Shown piece after piece: positions 18,180 through 28,012 of a stretch of DNA of 64,000 bases (the first letter of the stretch is position 1; each line of letters opens with the position of its first letter). Source of the DNA: Deltaproteobacteria bacterium (GTDB taxonomy: Bacteria > Desulfobacterota > Binatia > UBA12015); NCBI GenBank assembly GCA_046583355.1, contig JAYGCM010000069.1:1-64000 (forward strand), given 5' to 3'. Position numbers and translations under genes: made by a program. A model generated the notes under the pieces. That model made no database searches, was not told the DNA's origin, and was given only the letters and a program-made list of their open reading frames with translations.

Positions 18180-19961
18180 CTAACGTGCGGCGGGCGTGAT
18201 GTCGATTTGATTCGGGTGCCAGAGGCCCCAGACCATGGGGTGAAAGTTCGCCAGATCGCGCGAAAAAGCGATCGCTTTGCGCTGCCGCACGGTGCCGATG
18301 AAGGGCAATTGTTCATGAATGATTTGTTGGATGCGCCAATAGGAGAGCTTGCGCTTTTCCGGATCGAGCTCGGCTGCGCCCGCGTCGAGCAGGCGGTCGA
18401 TCTCGGCCTCCCACTCGGTCTCGGGCTCTTTCTGGTTGGGATTCCAGATATGGAGGTTGCCATTGGAGCGCAGGAAATTGGCACCATTATGCGGGTCGAT
18501 GGCCGCCGTGAAGCCGATCAGGATGGCATCGAAATCATGCGTGACATTGAGGCGCTCGACCAGTGATTGAAAGGTCTGCGGGCGGTAATGGATGTCGAGG
18601 CCCAGCGCGCGCCAATCCTGCAAGAGAATGGAGCAGAGGCGTTCGCGCAGCGTATTGCCTGCGTTCGTGGTCAGCCCGAATACGATCGGATTGCCGACCG
18701 GGTCCTCGCGGATGCCGTCGCCGTCGCGGTCGATATAGCCGGCCTGGTCGAGGAGGTCTTTGGCGCGCGCCGGGTCGTAGGCGTAATCTTTCAGGCCGGG
18801 GTAGTGGAATACATGATTGGCGGGTGAGATATTCGACACCGAGGGGACGCCGAAGCCGTAGTAGATGGTATCGACCATGCCGCGCTTGTCGACCGAATGG
18901 GCGAGTGCTTGCAAGAAGTTGCGGTCGGTGAACCAGTCCAGGCGTGGGTCGTGGGTACCCGCAGCTTCGCCCTCTTGGTCCGCGGCCCAATGGTGCGGGT
19001 TGCGGTTGAAGACCACGAATTGATTGCTGGTGTCGATGCCGATCTCCTTGACTACGATACCGAGTTCGTCGGCGCGGTCCTGCAGGTTCGGAATTTCCTC
19101 GGGGCGCGGCTCATAATAATGTGTCTGTCCGGCGAGGAAACGCAGCGCGATGGTATTCTGGTCGGGTACGATCAGCGTGACGCGGCCCTTGAGGTAGGGC
19201 AGTCGCCGGCCCTCGGCGTCGCGGCGCCAATAGGTCGGGTTGCGCTCGAACTCGAGCACCTGGGCCGAGACGTAGCGAACCAAGCGCCAGGGGCCGGTGC
19301 CGATGAGCTCGGAGACCGGCGTATCGATTCCCCATTTCTGGGTGAACGTTCCTGCCTCAAGCGACTCCGCCAGGAGATGCGCCGGCAGGATAGGCACGGC
19401 GATTGCGTGCAAAAAGGGCGCAAAGGCGCGCGGCATATGGAAGGCGATACGGTATTCGTCGAGCACCTCCACGCGTAGATTTTCGCCGTCGACGGTCAGA
19501 GTGTAGCGCGCACTATTGGGCACGCTCTCGTCAAAGATCGCACGGAAGGTGAAGGCTACATCGGCTGCGGTGAAGGGCCGGCCATCGTGCCAGGTAACGC
19601 CACGGCGTAACGCGAAGGTCCATATTCGACCATCGTCGCTGGTCGACCAGGACTCGGCCAGCGCCGGCTCGGCACGGGTGGTTTTCGGGTCAATGCGGAC
19701 CAGGGCTTCAAAGATCAGGTCCAGAGCCTCGCCCGAGGTGGCGTCGGTCACCAGGATCGGGTTGAAGGTCTTGGGGTCGCTGAGGATCGCTGTGGTCAGC
19801 CTATCGTGTGGCCGTGTGGGCGGCTGCGCCTGCCGCGAGCCTTTGTCGCATGCGCTCAGTGCAAGTGTCGCGGTGAGCAGCGCCATGAGGCAAGCGCCGC
19901 GCGGGGCACGCCGAGTCTGGGCGCGCCGCCTCGGTCGGGCCTGCGGCCGCGCGCGGATCAT
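18180..19961 (-). CDS. ABC transporter substrate-binding lipoprotein, family 5 (peptide/nickel)
   Basis: Lipobox LSAC, DPKTFNP, WHDGRPFTAADVAFT, IGTGPW. Confidence 0.9.
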   Translation of the reverse strand: MIRARPQARPRRRAQTRRAPRGACLMALLTATLALSACDKGSRQAQPPTRPHDRLTTAILSDPKTFNPILVTDATSGEALDLIFEALVRIDPKTTRAEPALAESWSTSDDGRIWTFALRRGVTWHDGRPFTAADVAFTFRAIFDESVPNSARYTLTVDGENLRVEVLDEYRIAFHMPRAFAPFLHAIAVPILPAHLLAESLEAGTFTQKWGIDTPVSELIGTGPWRLVRYVSAQVLEFERNPTYWRRDAEGRRLPYLKGRVTLIVPDQNTIALRFLAGQTHYYEPRPEEIPNLQDRADELGIVVKEIGIDTSNQFVVFNRNPHHWAADQEGEAAGTHDPRLDWFTDRNFLQALAHSVDKRGMVDTIYYGFGVPSVSNISPANHVFHYPGLKDYAYDPARAKDLLDQAGYIDRDGDGIREDPVGNPIVFGLTTNAGNTLRERLCSILLQDWRALGLDIHYRPQTFQSLVERLNVTHDFDAILIGFTAAIDPHNGANFLRSNGNLHIWNPNQKEPETEWEAEIDRLLDAGAAELDPEKRKLSYWRIQQIIHEQLPFIGTVRQRKAIAFSRDLANFHPMVWGLWHPNQIDITPAAR

Positions 19962-20806
19962 GGCGCGGCCGGCGCTGCCGTCGGCAGGGCGAACTCCTGC
20001 ATGCCTGGTGGCGTTGCCAGCAGGAAGGCCGAGGCCGGCAGCGGCTTGTTCGGCTCGAAGTCGCGGTACTCGATCCGGGCGGATGAGCCGGCCGCTTCGA
20101 TGTGAATACGGCGTGGGATCAGTACGCCCTTTTTTCCGGCAAAATCTTTGAAGGACGCCTTGAGTAGGCGCTCGCCATTGCGCGCGATTCGCTGGAAACT
20201 CACCGGCACGGCCACGAGGCTACGCTCGACCACGACGCGGGCAAAGCCGATCACGACACTACTGGCGCCGTCGGCGGCGTGCAGGAAGACCTCGGCGGCC
20301 CCGGCCTTGGCGCGGCCCGAAGGGCGCGAGGTCCAGGTGCTGCGCAATGCATCGGCCGCGACGGGCGGGCGGCCAAGAAGCAAGGCCGTGATCTCTTCTC
20401 CGTCGGCGGCGACGCCTGTCGTGAGCTGAATCGAGAGGGCGGTTGCGGGGCCGCGGTGAACCGAGTTTTCCTGGGTCGCGAGTGTGGCGAGCTGCTGGCC
20501 GTCGCTGGCGACGACGTAGCTGATGCCGAAGGGAGCCAGCACCTCTATGCGGAAGGCCGCTGGCGCCATCGCCATGACGACCTGCGAGGCGCGGAAGCGC
20601 CCACCTTGCGGCGCCTCGACGCGGATCTTGCCGAGAGCATCCAGCGAGCGCAGCGCCGACTCGCGGCCGCGTAATACGCCGAGGAGTTCGGTGGCCGAGG
20701 CGGTCGCGAGGGAGGGGCCCTCAGGCGCCGTTGGGCGGGCAATTTGTACCGCACAACCGCCGAGTAGAATGAGCGCGAGAAGGAGCGGGAGTTTTTGCTG
20801 AATCAT
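19958..20806 (-). CDS. LolB-like / DUF4292 lipoprotein
   Basis: Lipobox LGGC; FRIEVLAPFG; located directly after a TPR gene. Confidence 0.55.
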   Translation of the reverse strand: MIQQKLPLLLALILLGGCAVQIARPTAPEGPSLATASATELLGVLRGRESALRSLDALGKIRVEAPQGGRFRASQVVMAMAPAAFRIEVLAPFGISYVVASDGQQLATLATQENSVHRGPATALSIQLTTGVAADGEEITALLLGRPPVAADALRSTWTSRPSGRAKAGAAEVFLHAADGASSVVIGFARVVVERSLVAVPVSFQRIARNGERLLKASFKDFAGKKGVLIPRRIHIEAAGSSARIEYRDFEPNKPLPASAFLLATPPGMQEFALPTAAPAAP

Positions 20807-20812
20807 GTGTTG

Positions 20813-22561
20813 TCAGAGATGCCGTTCGTCCGGAGTCTCGGCATGTCCGTCGCGTCGTAGTTTGTGCTCGATGCGCTGGCGCTGTTCGTCGCTCGCGCTG
20901 CCGTTTTCGGCCTCGTGGTAGAGGCGTCGTGCTTCGGACTCACGCCCCACCTGCCGGTAGGCGTCGCCGAGATGTTCCTGAATGGTGGCATCATTTCCCG
21001 TGAGTTCGACGGCGCGTTCGAGCTTTTCGACTGCACGCCCGTAGCGCCTCTGCTGGAAATACACCCAACCGAGGCTGTCCATATAGAAGCCGTCGCCCGG
21101 GGCGATGGCGAGTGCACGCAGGATGAGACGCTCGGCTTCGTCGAGGTTTCGGCCTTCCTCGGCGAAGGTATAGCCGAGGTAGTTCAGGGCTTCGGAGTTG
21201 TGCGGGTTGAGCGAAATCGCCTTGCGCATAGCGGCGATGGCGGCCTGCCGGTCGCCGGATTCATCGAGCAAGGCACCCAGGGTGAAGCGGTATTGGTCGC
21301 TCTCGGGGTGGTCTTCGGCCAGCGTGCGCGCCAATGCGACGGCGTGCGCCAGGTTGCCACGATCGCGTTCGATCGCGATCAGGAAGGCGACCAGGCCGGG
21401 CGACTCGGGCCGCGCCTCGACCGCGAGCTGCGCATGCCGGCCGGCGGCGGAAAGCCGGCCCTGGCGCTGCATGAGGTAGGCGAGTTGAAGTTGTGCGTCC
21501 GCATAGAGTTCGGTGCCGCTGCGGACCTTCTTGAGATGGGATTCCGCGCGGTCGAATTCATTGGTCTCGGAATAAGTGATACCGAGATAATAGTGCACGT
21601 CCCGGTCGTCTGGTGCGGCGCGCGCGACCAGTTCGAGTTCGGTGGCGGCGCGGTCGTAGTCGCCCTGTTCGAGAAAGATCAGGGCGATTTTCACTCGGGT
21701 TCGTGTGGGGTTGGCTTCGATGCGCTCGAGGGCGCGGAAGTGCGTGAGAGCTTCGTTCAATTTTTTCTGTCCGATGAGAACCGCGGCGAGGCGCTCGCGT
21801 GCCGTGCTATTGCCGGGGGCCAGGGCAAGGACGCGATGGTAGAGGGCCGCGGCCCGCGCGCTTTCGCCGCGCATCTCCTCAATCAGGCCGAGATCGGTCA
21901 GGACCAGCGTTGAGCGTGGGTTGCGTCGCAATGCCGCACGGAATTCCTCTTCGGCCTCATCGAGCCGGCCGGCCGCGGCGTGCAGGCGGCCCAGATAATA
22001 GCGCCCCATGACGGAGTCGGGGTCGGTTTTTAGAAGTGCCTCCAGCGTGGCCCGGGCGGCGTCGTCGTCGCCCCCTTTGCTGTGCAGGGAGGCGAGGAGG
22101 AGGTAGGGGTCGCCCTCTTGGGGCGTGCGCCGGATGATCTCCCGATAATGTTCGGCGGCTTCCTGGTCTCGGCCGAGTCCGGCCAAGGCACCGGCAAGTA
22201 GCGTGCGGCTGAAATCATCGTCCGGGTCACCGGCCACGGCGGCCTGTGCATGCGGCAAGGCGCGTTCCAGATCGCCGCGACGGACATAGAGGTGGGCCAA
22301 GCGGCCGTGCAGCCGTGGCTCGTCGGGGTCCAAACGTGCGGCGTTTGCAAAAGAGGCGATAGCGAAATCGGTGTCGCCGTTGCGGATCGCGACCTCGCCT
22401 TTGAGGAACTCGCCGAGCGCGCGCTCCGGGTCGGAGAGTCCGAGATCGACCCGCCCCCAGGGAGGCGGCATCCCTTCGTTGCGGCTGGTCCAATGGAGCG
22501 GGCTGCAGGCGGCGAGGCTGGCTGCCAGCAGCGGCGCCCAGATCCATCGCCGTGCCATCAC
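20813..22561 (-). CDS. Tetratricopeptide repeat lipoprotein
   Basis: Lipobox LAAC; many TPRs; ALNYLGY..DSLGWVYF..EHLGD tail. Confidence 0.88.
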   Translation of the reverse strand: MMARRWIWAPLLAASLAACSPLHWTSRNEGMPPPWGRVDLGLSDPERALGEFLKGEVAIRNGDTDFAIASFANAARLDPDEPRLHGRLAHLYVRRGDLERALPHAQAAVAGDPDDDFSRTLLAGALAGLGRDQEAAEHYREIIRRTPQEGDPYLLLASLHSKGGDDDAARATLEALLKTDPDSVMGRYYLGRLHAAAGRLDEAEEEFRAALRRNPRSTLVLTDLGLIEEMRGESARAAALYHRVLALAPGNSTARERLAAVLIGQKKLNEALTHFRALERIEANPTRTRVKIALIFLEQGDYDRAATELELVARAAPDDRDVHYYLGITYSETNEFDRAESHLKKVRSGTELYADAQLQLAYLMQRQGRLSAAGRHAQLAVEARPESPGLVAFLIAIERDRGNLAHAVALARTLAEDHPESDQYRFTLGALLDESGDRQAAIAAMRKAISLNPHNSEALNYLGYTFAEEGRNLDEAERLILRALAIAPGDGFYMDSLGWVYFQQRRYGRAVEKLERAVELTGNDATIQEHLGDAYRQVGRESEARRLYHEAENGSASDEQRQRIEHKLRRDGHAETPDERHL

Positions 22562-22629
22562 TGCGGGAAATCTAGCATGAAGCAGGCTGCGGAATAAGAG
22601 GATTCAGAGTTATTTGTTTCCCTACTTTT

Positions 22630-22663
22630 CGGATGCAGCCCTACTTTTCGGCCGGGCCTCTAG
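22630..22663. repeat. Dispersed REP/MITE-like repeat, family A (overlaps the larC 3' end)
   Basis: CGGATGCAGCCCTACTTTTCGGCCGGGCCTCTAG; the first 31 bases match 26586-26616 at 29/31. Confidence 0.7.
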
Positions 22664-23888
22664 CCTCGAGAACCGCTTCGAGGACGCGCGCGATGGGAAC
22701 CTGATGCTCGCGTGCCGCACGTTCGAGGTCGGTAGCTTCGGGTGCGGTGCGTTCGCTGCCGTCGGGTAGAATCACGATCTTGCAGGCAATTGCGCCATAG
22801 GGAGTAGCGACCGACTGCTGCATGCGGCGCAGAAGGCGGCGCTGGACGGGCCAACTGCGTACGCCGATCGAAGTTGTTTGGCGCAGAATGATCTCGCTCA
22901 GCGCCTCTTCGTCCTGCGGCGCGGCGATCACCTGTAGGCAGGTGGCCGGGCGGCCCTGTTTCATGGTGATGGGATGCAGGGTCACGTCGCGGGCGCCGGC
23001 CGCAAAAAGAGCCTCGGTGGCCGCGCGGAAGAATTCCGGGTTCATATCGTCGATATTCGTCTCGATCACGAGCATCTGGTCCGATTCGATATGCGTGTTG
23101 CGCGGCGGCAGGCCCGCAGGTCGGGTCGTTTCGGCGGGGTCGGCCAGCACCAGGCGCAGCACATTCGGACGGTCTTCGAGCTCCAACGTGCCCGCGCCGT
23201 AGCCGATGGCGAAGGGCCGCAGCGGCGGCGGCGCGCCTGGCTCAGCCAGTGCCGCGATGATCGCCGCGCCGGTGGGCGTCACCAACTCCAGGTCGCCGTC
23301 GGCGGGCAGGGTTGCGTGGCCGCGCAGCAACTCGAGGGTCGCTGGTGCGGGAACCGGCATGCGGCCATGGTCGGTGCGCACGAAGCCCGCGCCCAGAGGT
23401 ACGGCTGAGGCGAAGACCCGATCGATTCCGAAATGGCTGAAGCCGATGGCGGCACCGACGATATCGACGATGGCATCGAAGGCGCCGACCTCATGGAAAT
23501 GAACCTCCTCGGGGTCTTTTCCGTGTACGCGCCCCTCGGCGATCGCCAATTGCCGGAAGATCGCCAGGGCGTGTTCTTCGGTGCGGGCACCCAGGCCGGC
23601 ACCGCGGATACGCGCCAGGATTTCTTTGCAGGAATGATGTGAGCCGTGCCCCGCGTGTGCGCCGTGCGGTGCGCCCGGTGCCTCGGTCTTGCCGGCCACC
23701 AGCACGTCGACCTTGGTGGCGCGGATGCCCAGGCGGTGGGTCTCGTGTGTGCGGATCTCGATGCCCGGCAGTTTCAGCTTGGCGATCTCCGCGTCGAGCA
23801 CATCGCGTGGCAAGCCGAGATCGAGAAAGGCTCCCAGCATCATGTCACCAGCAATGCCGGAAAAGGCGTCAAGGTAGGCGATTCGCAT
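22641..23888 (-). CDS. larC: Nickel pincer cofactor biosynthesis protein LarC (nickel insertase)
   Basis: YLDAFSGIAGDM, His-rich linker, VHFHEVGA, ELVTPTGAA, IETNIDDM. Confidence 0.93.
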   Translation of the reverse strand: MRIAYLDAFSGIAGDMMLGAFLDLGLPRDVLDAEIAKLKLPGIEIRTHETHRLGIRATKVDVLVAGKTEAPGAPHGAHAGHGSHHSCKEILARIRGAGLGARTEEHALAIFRQLAIAEGRVHGKDPEEVHFHEVGAFDAIVDIVGAAIGFSHFGIDRVFASAVPLGAGFVRTDHGRMPVPAPATLELLRGHATLPADGDLELVTPTGAAIIAALAEPGAPPPLRPFAIGYGAGTLELEDRPNVLRLVLADPAETTRPAGLPPRNTHIESDQMLVIETNIDDMNPEFFRAATEALFAAGARDVTLHPITMKQGRPATCLQVIAAPQDEEALSEIILRQTTSIGVRSWPVQRRLLRRMQQSVATPYGAIACKIVILPDGSERTAPEATDLERAAREHQVPIARVLEAVLEARGPAEK

Positions 23889-23957
23889 CGAAGCACTTTG
23901 CTATCCCGCAGCCTTTTGCGCCAGAGGCGCCTGATTTTCGGGGACGGTTGATTTTTC

Positions 23958-23978
23958 TGTACTGGAGTCCATAGTACA
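23958..23978. promoter_or_regulatory. Candidate operator between divergent larC and the TonB receptor
   Basis: Inverted repeat TGTACT-N9-AGTACA. Confidence 0.4.
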
Positions 23979-24019
23979 CCGAACTGATGGCTGCCGTGGC
24001 GGCTGGCTGGAGGGAACGC

Positions 24020-26563
24020 ATGTTGAAGAAGTTGTCGTTGGTCCTATTTGCTTTGACGTTTTTGCTTTTCGTGAGCGCGGCCACCGCCGTCGCCGCGGAC
24101 GAGTCGCCCGCGGCCCCGTCGGAATATGTCGAGTCCATCTCGTCGCCGACAGCTTACGGGCAGGGCGTGATCGGTGAGTCCGATGCATTGAGCGCCGAGG
24201 CCGATTCCATCGCCGCCAGCGACGTTCCCTCCTCTGTCTCTCCGGCGCGCCAATATCGCGTCGAAGAAATCGTCGTCTCGGCCCGCAAACGCTCGGAATT
24301 GCTTGAGGATACGCCGGTCTCCGTGACCGCGCTCTCGGCCGAGCGGCTCCGTGAGGCCGGCGTGAATCGGATCGACGATATTCAGGAGTTGGTGCCGAAC
24401 CTGACCTTCCAGACCTCGAGTACCGGCACCGAAGCCTTGGTCTATATCCGCGGTGTCGGTTTGCCGCGCGCGCTGACCTCCTTTGACCCCGGTGTCGGCA
24501 TCTATATCGACGGCATCTACTTGCCGCGTGCGCAGGGTTCCTTGCTCGACGTGGTCGATATCGCCCAGATCGAAGTGTTGCGCGGTCCGCAGGGTACGCT
24601 TTTCGGCAAGAATACCGTCGGCGGCGCGGTGAATTTCACGACGCAGAAACCGACCGATCAATTCGAGGCCGAGGTCTTTGTCCGCACCGGCAATGTTGAC
24701 GCGCCGAAGACCAGCTTCTTGAACCTCGTCGACACCCGCGCGATGCTGAATATTCCGATTAATTTCGGTCCGCTCGAAGACAAGGTCTTCACACGGCTTG
24801 CCTTCGGCTCGCAGAACCGGGCCGGCTATATGTACAATACGCTGCTTGAGCAGGGCTGGAACGATCGGAATTCGGTGGCCTTCCTTGGCTCGGTGCGGAT
24901 CCTGCCGCATGAAGATGTGACGATTGATATCTCAGGCAATTGGGACCGCTCGCATTCGCGCGGCCAAGGCGCCGAATGTGTTTTCGTACAGCCCACCGGG
25001 CTGCAAGCTCTGCAGCCGGGGCTCGTCGAATATTGCCAGTCCGAGCGGGAGGACTACCATTTCGCGGCGGATTGGCCGCAGTTCTTTGATATTACGAGCA
25101 TGGGCAGCTGGGGCGTGCTGAATTGGGACGTCGGCGAACTGCCTGGGCTCGACGAGTTCTCGGTCAAGCTTCTCGGTTCGTGGCGCCAGCAGCGCATCCG
25201 CGGCTTCGGGGATGTTGACCTCACGCCGACGCCGGCCGTGAACAACGCGGGACTCGGCGATACGCAGCCCTTTGGTGATGTCGATGATCCCAACGACGCG
25301 CTGCGCGGGTTGCCGACGAGGGCGCAGCAATTCCAGGGCGAGTTGCAGGTCAACGGAGCGGCGCTGGACGGCCGGTTGAATTTCGTCAGTGGCTATTTCG
25401 TTTTCTGGGAAAATTCGCATGTCCAACAAGGCTCGCAGGCCCTCACGGACACGCTCAACCAGCGTACGGTGCGGCCGCAATTTACTGACAATTGGAGCTG
25501 GGCGATTTATTCGCAGACCAGCTACGATGTGCTTGACTGGCTCCAGCTGACGGGTGGTCTGCGCTATACGGAAGACAAGAAAGGCGTGACCTCGGAGAAT
25601 TTTGCTTGCGTTTCGGAGCCTGGCGGGACCTGTGTGGATTGGCTGCAGGACTTCAATGAGTCGAACTCAGCGATCTTCACCGCCTGGTCGCCGATGGGGA
25701 GCATCGCCGCGACGGTGCCGGGAGATCTGCTCGACGGTACTCCGGTCGATCATTTCATGACGTACTTTACCTACTCACAGGGCTTCCGCGGCGGCGGCTT
25801 CAACGTCATTCCGCAACCCAACGAGGACACCGGCGTTCTCCAGCTTCAATCCTTCGGCCCGGAGACTCTCGGTTCCTTCGAAATGGGCTTCAAAATGCTC
25901 GCCTTCGACCGCCGCCTCTCGACCAACCTCTCGGTATTTCTGGCGAAATACGATAATATTCAGGTCACCAGCGTGCGCGATCTGGGCGATCCCGACGGCG
26001 ATGGTGTGCCGAATATCGCGCAAGAGACGCTCAACGCAGCTTCGGCAACGACCAAGGGCATCGAATTGGAGACCCTGCTGAATCTGGGCGAAGGCTGGCG
26101 GCTCGAGGGCTCCGTGGGGCTCTTTGAGGGCGTGTACGGCGAGTTCCTCGAGGCGGTGTCGGATATGACCGGTGAAACCATCGACCGCTCGGGGGAGACC
26201 TTCAATAGGGTTCCCGAGATGCAGGTGCATATGGCCGTGCAGCATGCTTGGCCCATCGAGATGCCCGGCCCGGAGTGGATCAGCGGCTACCTCACACCAC
26301 GCCTCGATTGGTATTACCAGAGCAAGGTGCATTTCTTCGGACCGGAATTCTGGCCGGGGCGGCAATCCGGCTACAATCTGATCCACAGCCGCCTTGCATA
26401 TTCCTTCAATGATGACTTGACCCAGATCGCATTATGGGGGCAGAACCTGACCAACCAACGCTACTTGACGAACTCGTTGCCTCTCGCAACCAGCTTCGGC
26501 ATCGCCTTGGATCTCTATGGCATGCCGCGCAGCTACGGGGTCGAAATCAAGCATGTGTTCTAG
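24020..26563 (+). CDS. TonB-dependent receptor
   Basis: Signal peptide, VEEIVVSARKR, VLRGPQGTLFGKNTVGG, terminal Phe. Confidence 0.93.
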   Translation: MLKKLSLVLFALTFLLFVSAATAVAADESPAAPSEYVESISSPTAYGQGVIGESDALSAEADSIAASDVPSSVSPARQYRVEEIVVSARKRSELLEDTPVSVTALSAERLREAGVNRIDDIQELVPNLTFQTSSTGTEALVYIRGVGLPRALTSFDPGVGIYIDGIYLPRAQGSLLDVVDIAQIEVLRGPQGTLFGKNTVGGAVNFTTQKPTDQFEAEVFVRTGNVDAPKTSFLNLVDTRAMLNIPINFGPLEDKVFTRLAFGSQNRAGYMYNTLLEQGWNDRNSVAFLGSVRILPHEDVTIDISGNWDRSHSRGQGAECVFVQPTGLQALQPGLVEYCQSEREDYHFAADWPQFFDITSMGSWGVLNWDVGELPGLDEFSVKLLGSWRQQRIRGFGDVDLTPTPAVNNAGLGDTQPFGDVDDPNDALRGLPTRAQQFQGELQVNGAALDGRLNFVSGYFVFWENSHVQQGSQALTDTLNQRTVRPQFTDNWSWAIYSQTSYDVLDWLQLTGGLRYTEDKKGVTSENFACVSEPGGTCVDWLQDFNESNSAIFTAWSPMGSIAATVPGDLLDGTPVDHFMTYFTYSQGFRGGGFNVIPQPNEDTGVLQLQSFGPETLGSFEMGFKMLAFDRRLSTNLSVFLAKYDNIQVTSVRDLGDPDGDGVPNIAQETLNAASATTKGIELETLLNLGEGWRLEGSVGLFEGVYGEFLEAVSDMTGETIDRSGETFNRVPEMQVHMAVQHAWPIEMPGPEWISGYLTPRLDWYYQSKVHFFGPEFWPGRQSGYNLIHSRLAYSFNDDLTQIALWGQNLTNQRYLTNSLPLATSFGIALDLYGMPRSYGVEIKHVF

Positions 26564-26619
26564 GGGCGCGGCCGCAAGCGGCGTCCGGATGCAGGCCTGC
26601 TTTTCGGCCGGGCCTCCAG
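26560..26619. repeat. 60-bp hairpin/MITE-like element, family A
   Basis: Imperfect inverted ends CTAGGGGCGCGGCCGCAAG and CTTTTCGGCCGGGCCTCCAG, between convergent genes. Confidence 0.65.
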
Positions 26620-26656
26620 GTTGGCGATCCGGCCGGCGGAGGCGCCGGTCGGATCG

Positions 26657-28012
26657 CTATTCTGTGCGGGCGAGGTCGAGCGCTTCGGCGCGCTCGACGC
26701 ATTCGGCGAAGAGCCGGTGGAAGTTCGCGCGCGTGCCCAGGAGTTGCATATAGGAGTCGAGCCCCAGCAGGGCGCGGCCGAGGAATACGCTATGCGGCGG
26801 CGGGGAGCGGAAGAAACCGCTCTCGATGCGGATCTGGGCAGATTTGAGGGCGCGGTCGATTGAGCCGTATTCCTGCGGATCGTATTCGCGGTCCGTGGTC
26901 GCTGGCTCGAAGATCAGGTCGAGGACCTCGATGGTCGAAGAAGCGTCGTCTTCCGGAGCCAGGTAGCCGAGGTCGATCATGGCCGCGACCTTGCCGGCGT
27001 AGTCGTCGTCGAGGATGGCGCGTGCGAGGTGCACATAGCCGAGCCGTGTTTCTTCCTTCAAAGCGCGCACGGAGCCGAAGTCGAGGATCGCCATCTCGGG
27101 CCGGTAGGTGATGATATAATTGCCCGGATGCGGGTCGGTATGGATGACGCCGAATTCGAGGATCTGCTGCCAGAGTGTGCGGAAGAATTTGAGCGCGACC
27201 CAGTCTTTCAGCTCCTGGTCGATGCCAGGCTTCATGATATCCGTGAGGCGGTAGCCCTCGATATATTCGAGCGTGAGCACCCGCCGCGAGGAACGCTCGG
27301 GGAAGACCATGGGGACGATGATTTCGTCGTCGTCTGCGAAGATATCCGCAAACCATTCGGTATTGCGGGCCTCGTTTTCGTAATCGAGCTCTTCGTTAAG
27401 GCGTTCTTCCATTTCCCGATGCAGCGCATCGGCGTCGATCGGCTGGCGGAAGAGGTCGCGTCCGACCAGGGTGAAGAGATGCAGCAACGCCTTGAGGTTC
27501 TGTAGGTCCTGCTCGACGGTTTTCTCGACGCCCGGGTATTGGATCTTGACGACGATATCCGTGCCGTCCTTGAGTGTACCGCGGTGGACCTGGCCGAGTG
27601 AGGCGGCCGCGAAGGCGGTTTCTTCAAAGGAGCCGTAGAGGTTCTCGACCGTATCGCCCAATTCTTTCTCGATCCGCTCGCGAATCATATCGAAGGGCAT
27701 CGGCGGCACGTCGGATTGCACCACCGAGAGGACCTCAAGCACTTGATCAGGCAGGATATCGTTGCGCATGCTGAGCATCTGCATCAGCTTGAGGAAGGTG
27801 CCGCGCAATTCCTTGGAGCGCTCGACCAGGAGGAAGGCGTTTTTCAAATGGGTGTCGAGGGTGGATTCGGCGCGCCTCTCTTCGCTTTGGAAGGGACGTT
27901 TGAGTGCGTTGAGCAGGTAGTTGCCGCCGACCTGGCCGGTGAGCGAGCCTACCGTGAGCGCGCGGCGGGCACGGCCGGTGGTGAGACCACTTTTTCTTGC
28001 TTCGTCACTCAT
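26657..28012 (-). CDS. ABC1/AarF/UbiB family atypical kinase
   Basis: AAASLGQVH, VVKIQYPG, HTDPHPGN, LDFG. Confidence 0.92.
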   Translation of the reverse strand: MSDEARKSGLTTGRARRALTVGSLTGQVGGNYLLNALKRPFQSEERRAESTLDTHLKNAFLLVERSKELRGTFLKLMQMLSMRNDILPDQVLEVLSVVQSDVPPMPFDMIRERIEKELGDTVENLYGSFEETAFAAASLGQVHRGTLKDGTDIVVKIQYPGVEKTVEQDLQNLKALLHLFTLVGRDLFRQPIDADALHREMEERLNEELDYENEARNTEWFADIFADDDEIIVPMVFPERSSRRVLTLEYIEGYRLTDIMKPGIDQELKDWVALKFFRTLWQQILEFGVIHTDPHPGNYIITYRPEMAILDFGSVRALKEETRLGYVHLARAILDDDYAGKVAAMIDLGYLAPEDDASSTIEVLDLIFEPATTDREYDPQEYGSIDRALKSAQIRIESGFFRSPPPHSVFLGRALLGLDSYMQLLGTRANFHRLFAECVERAEALDLARTE

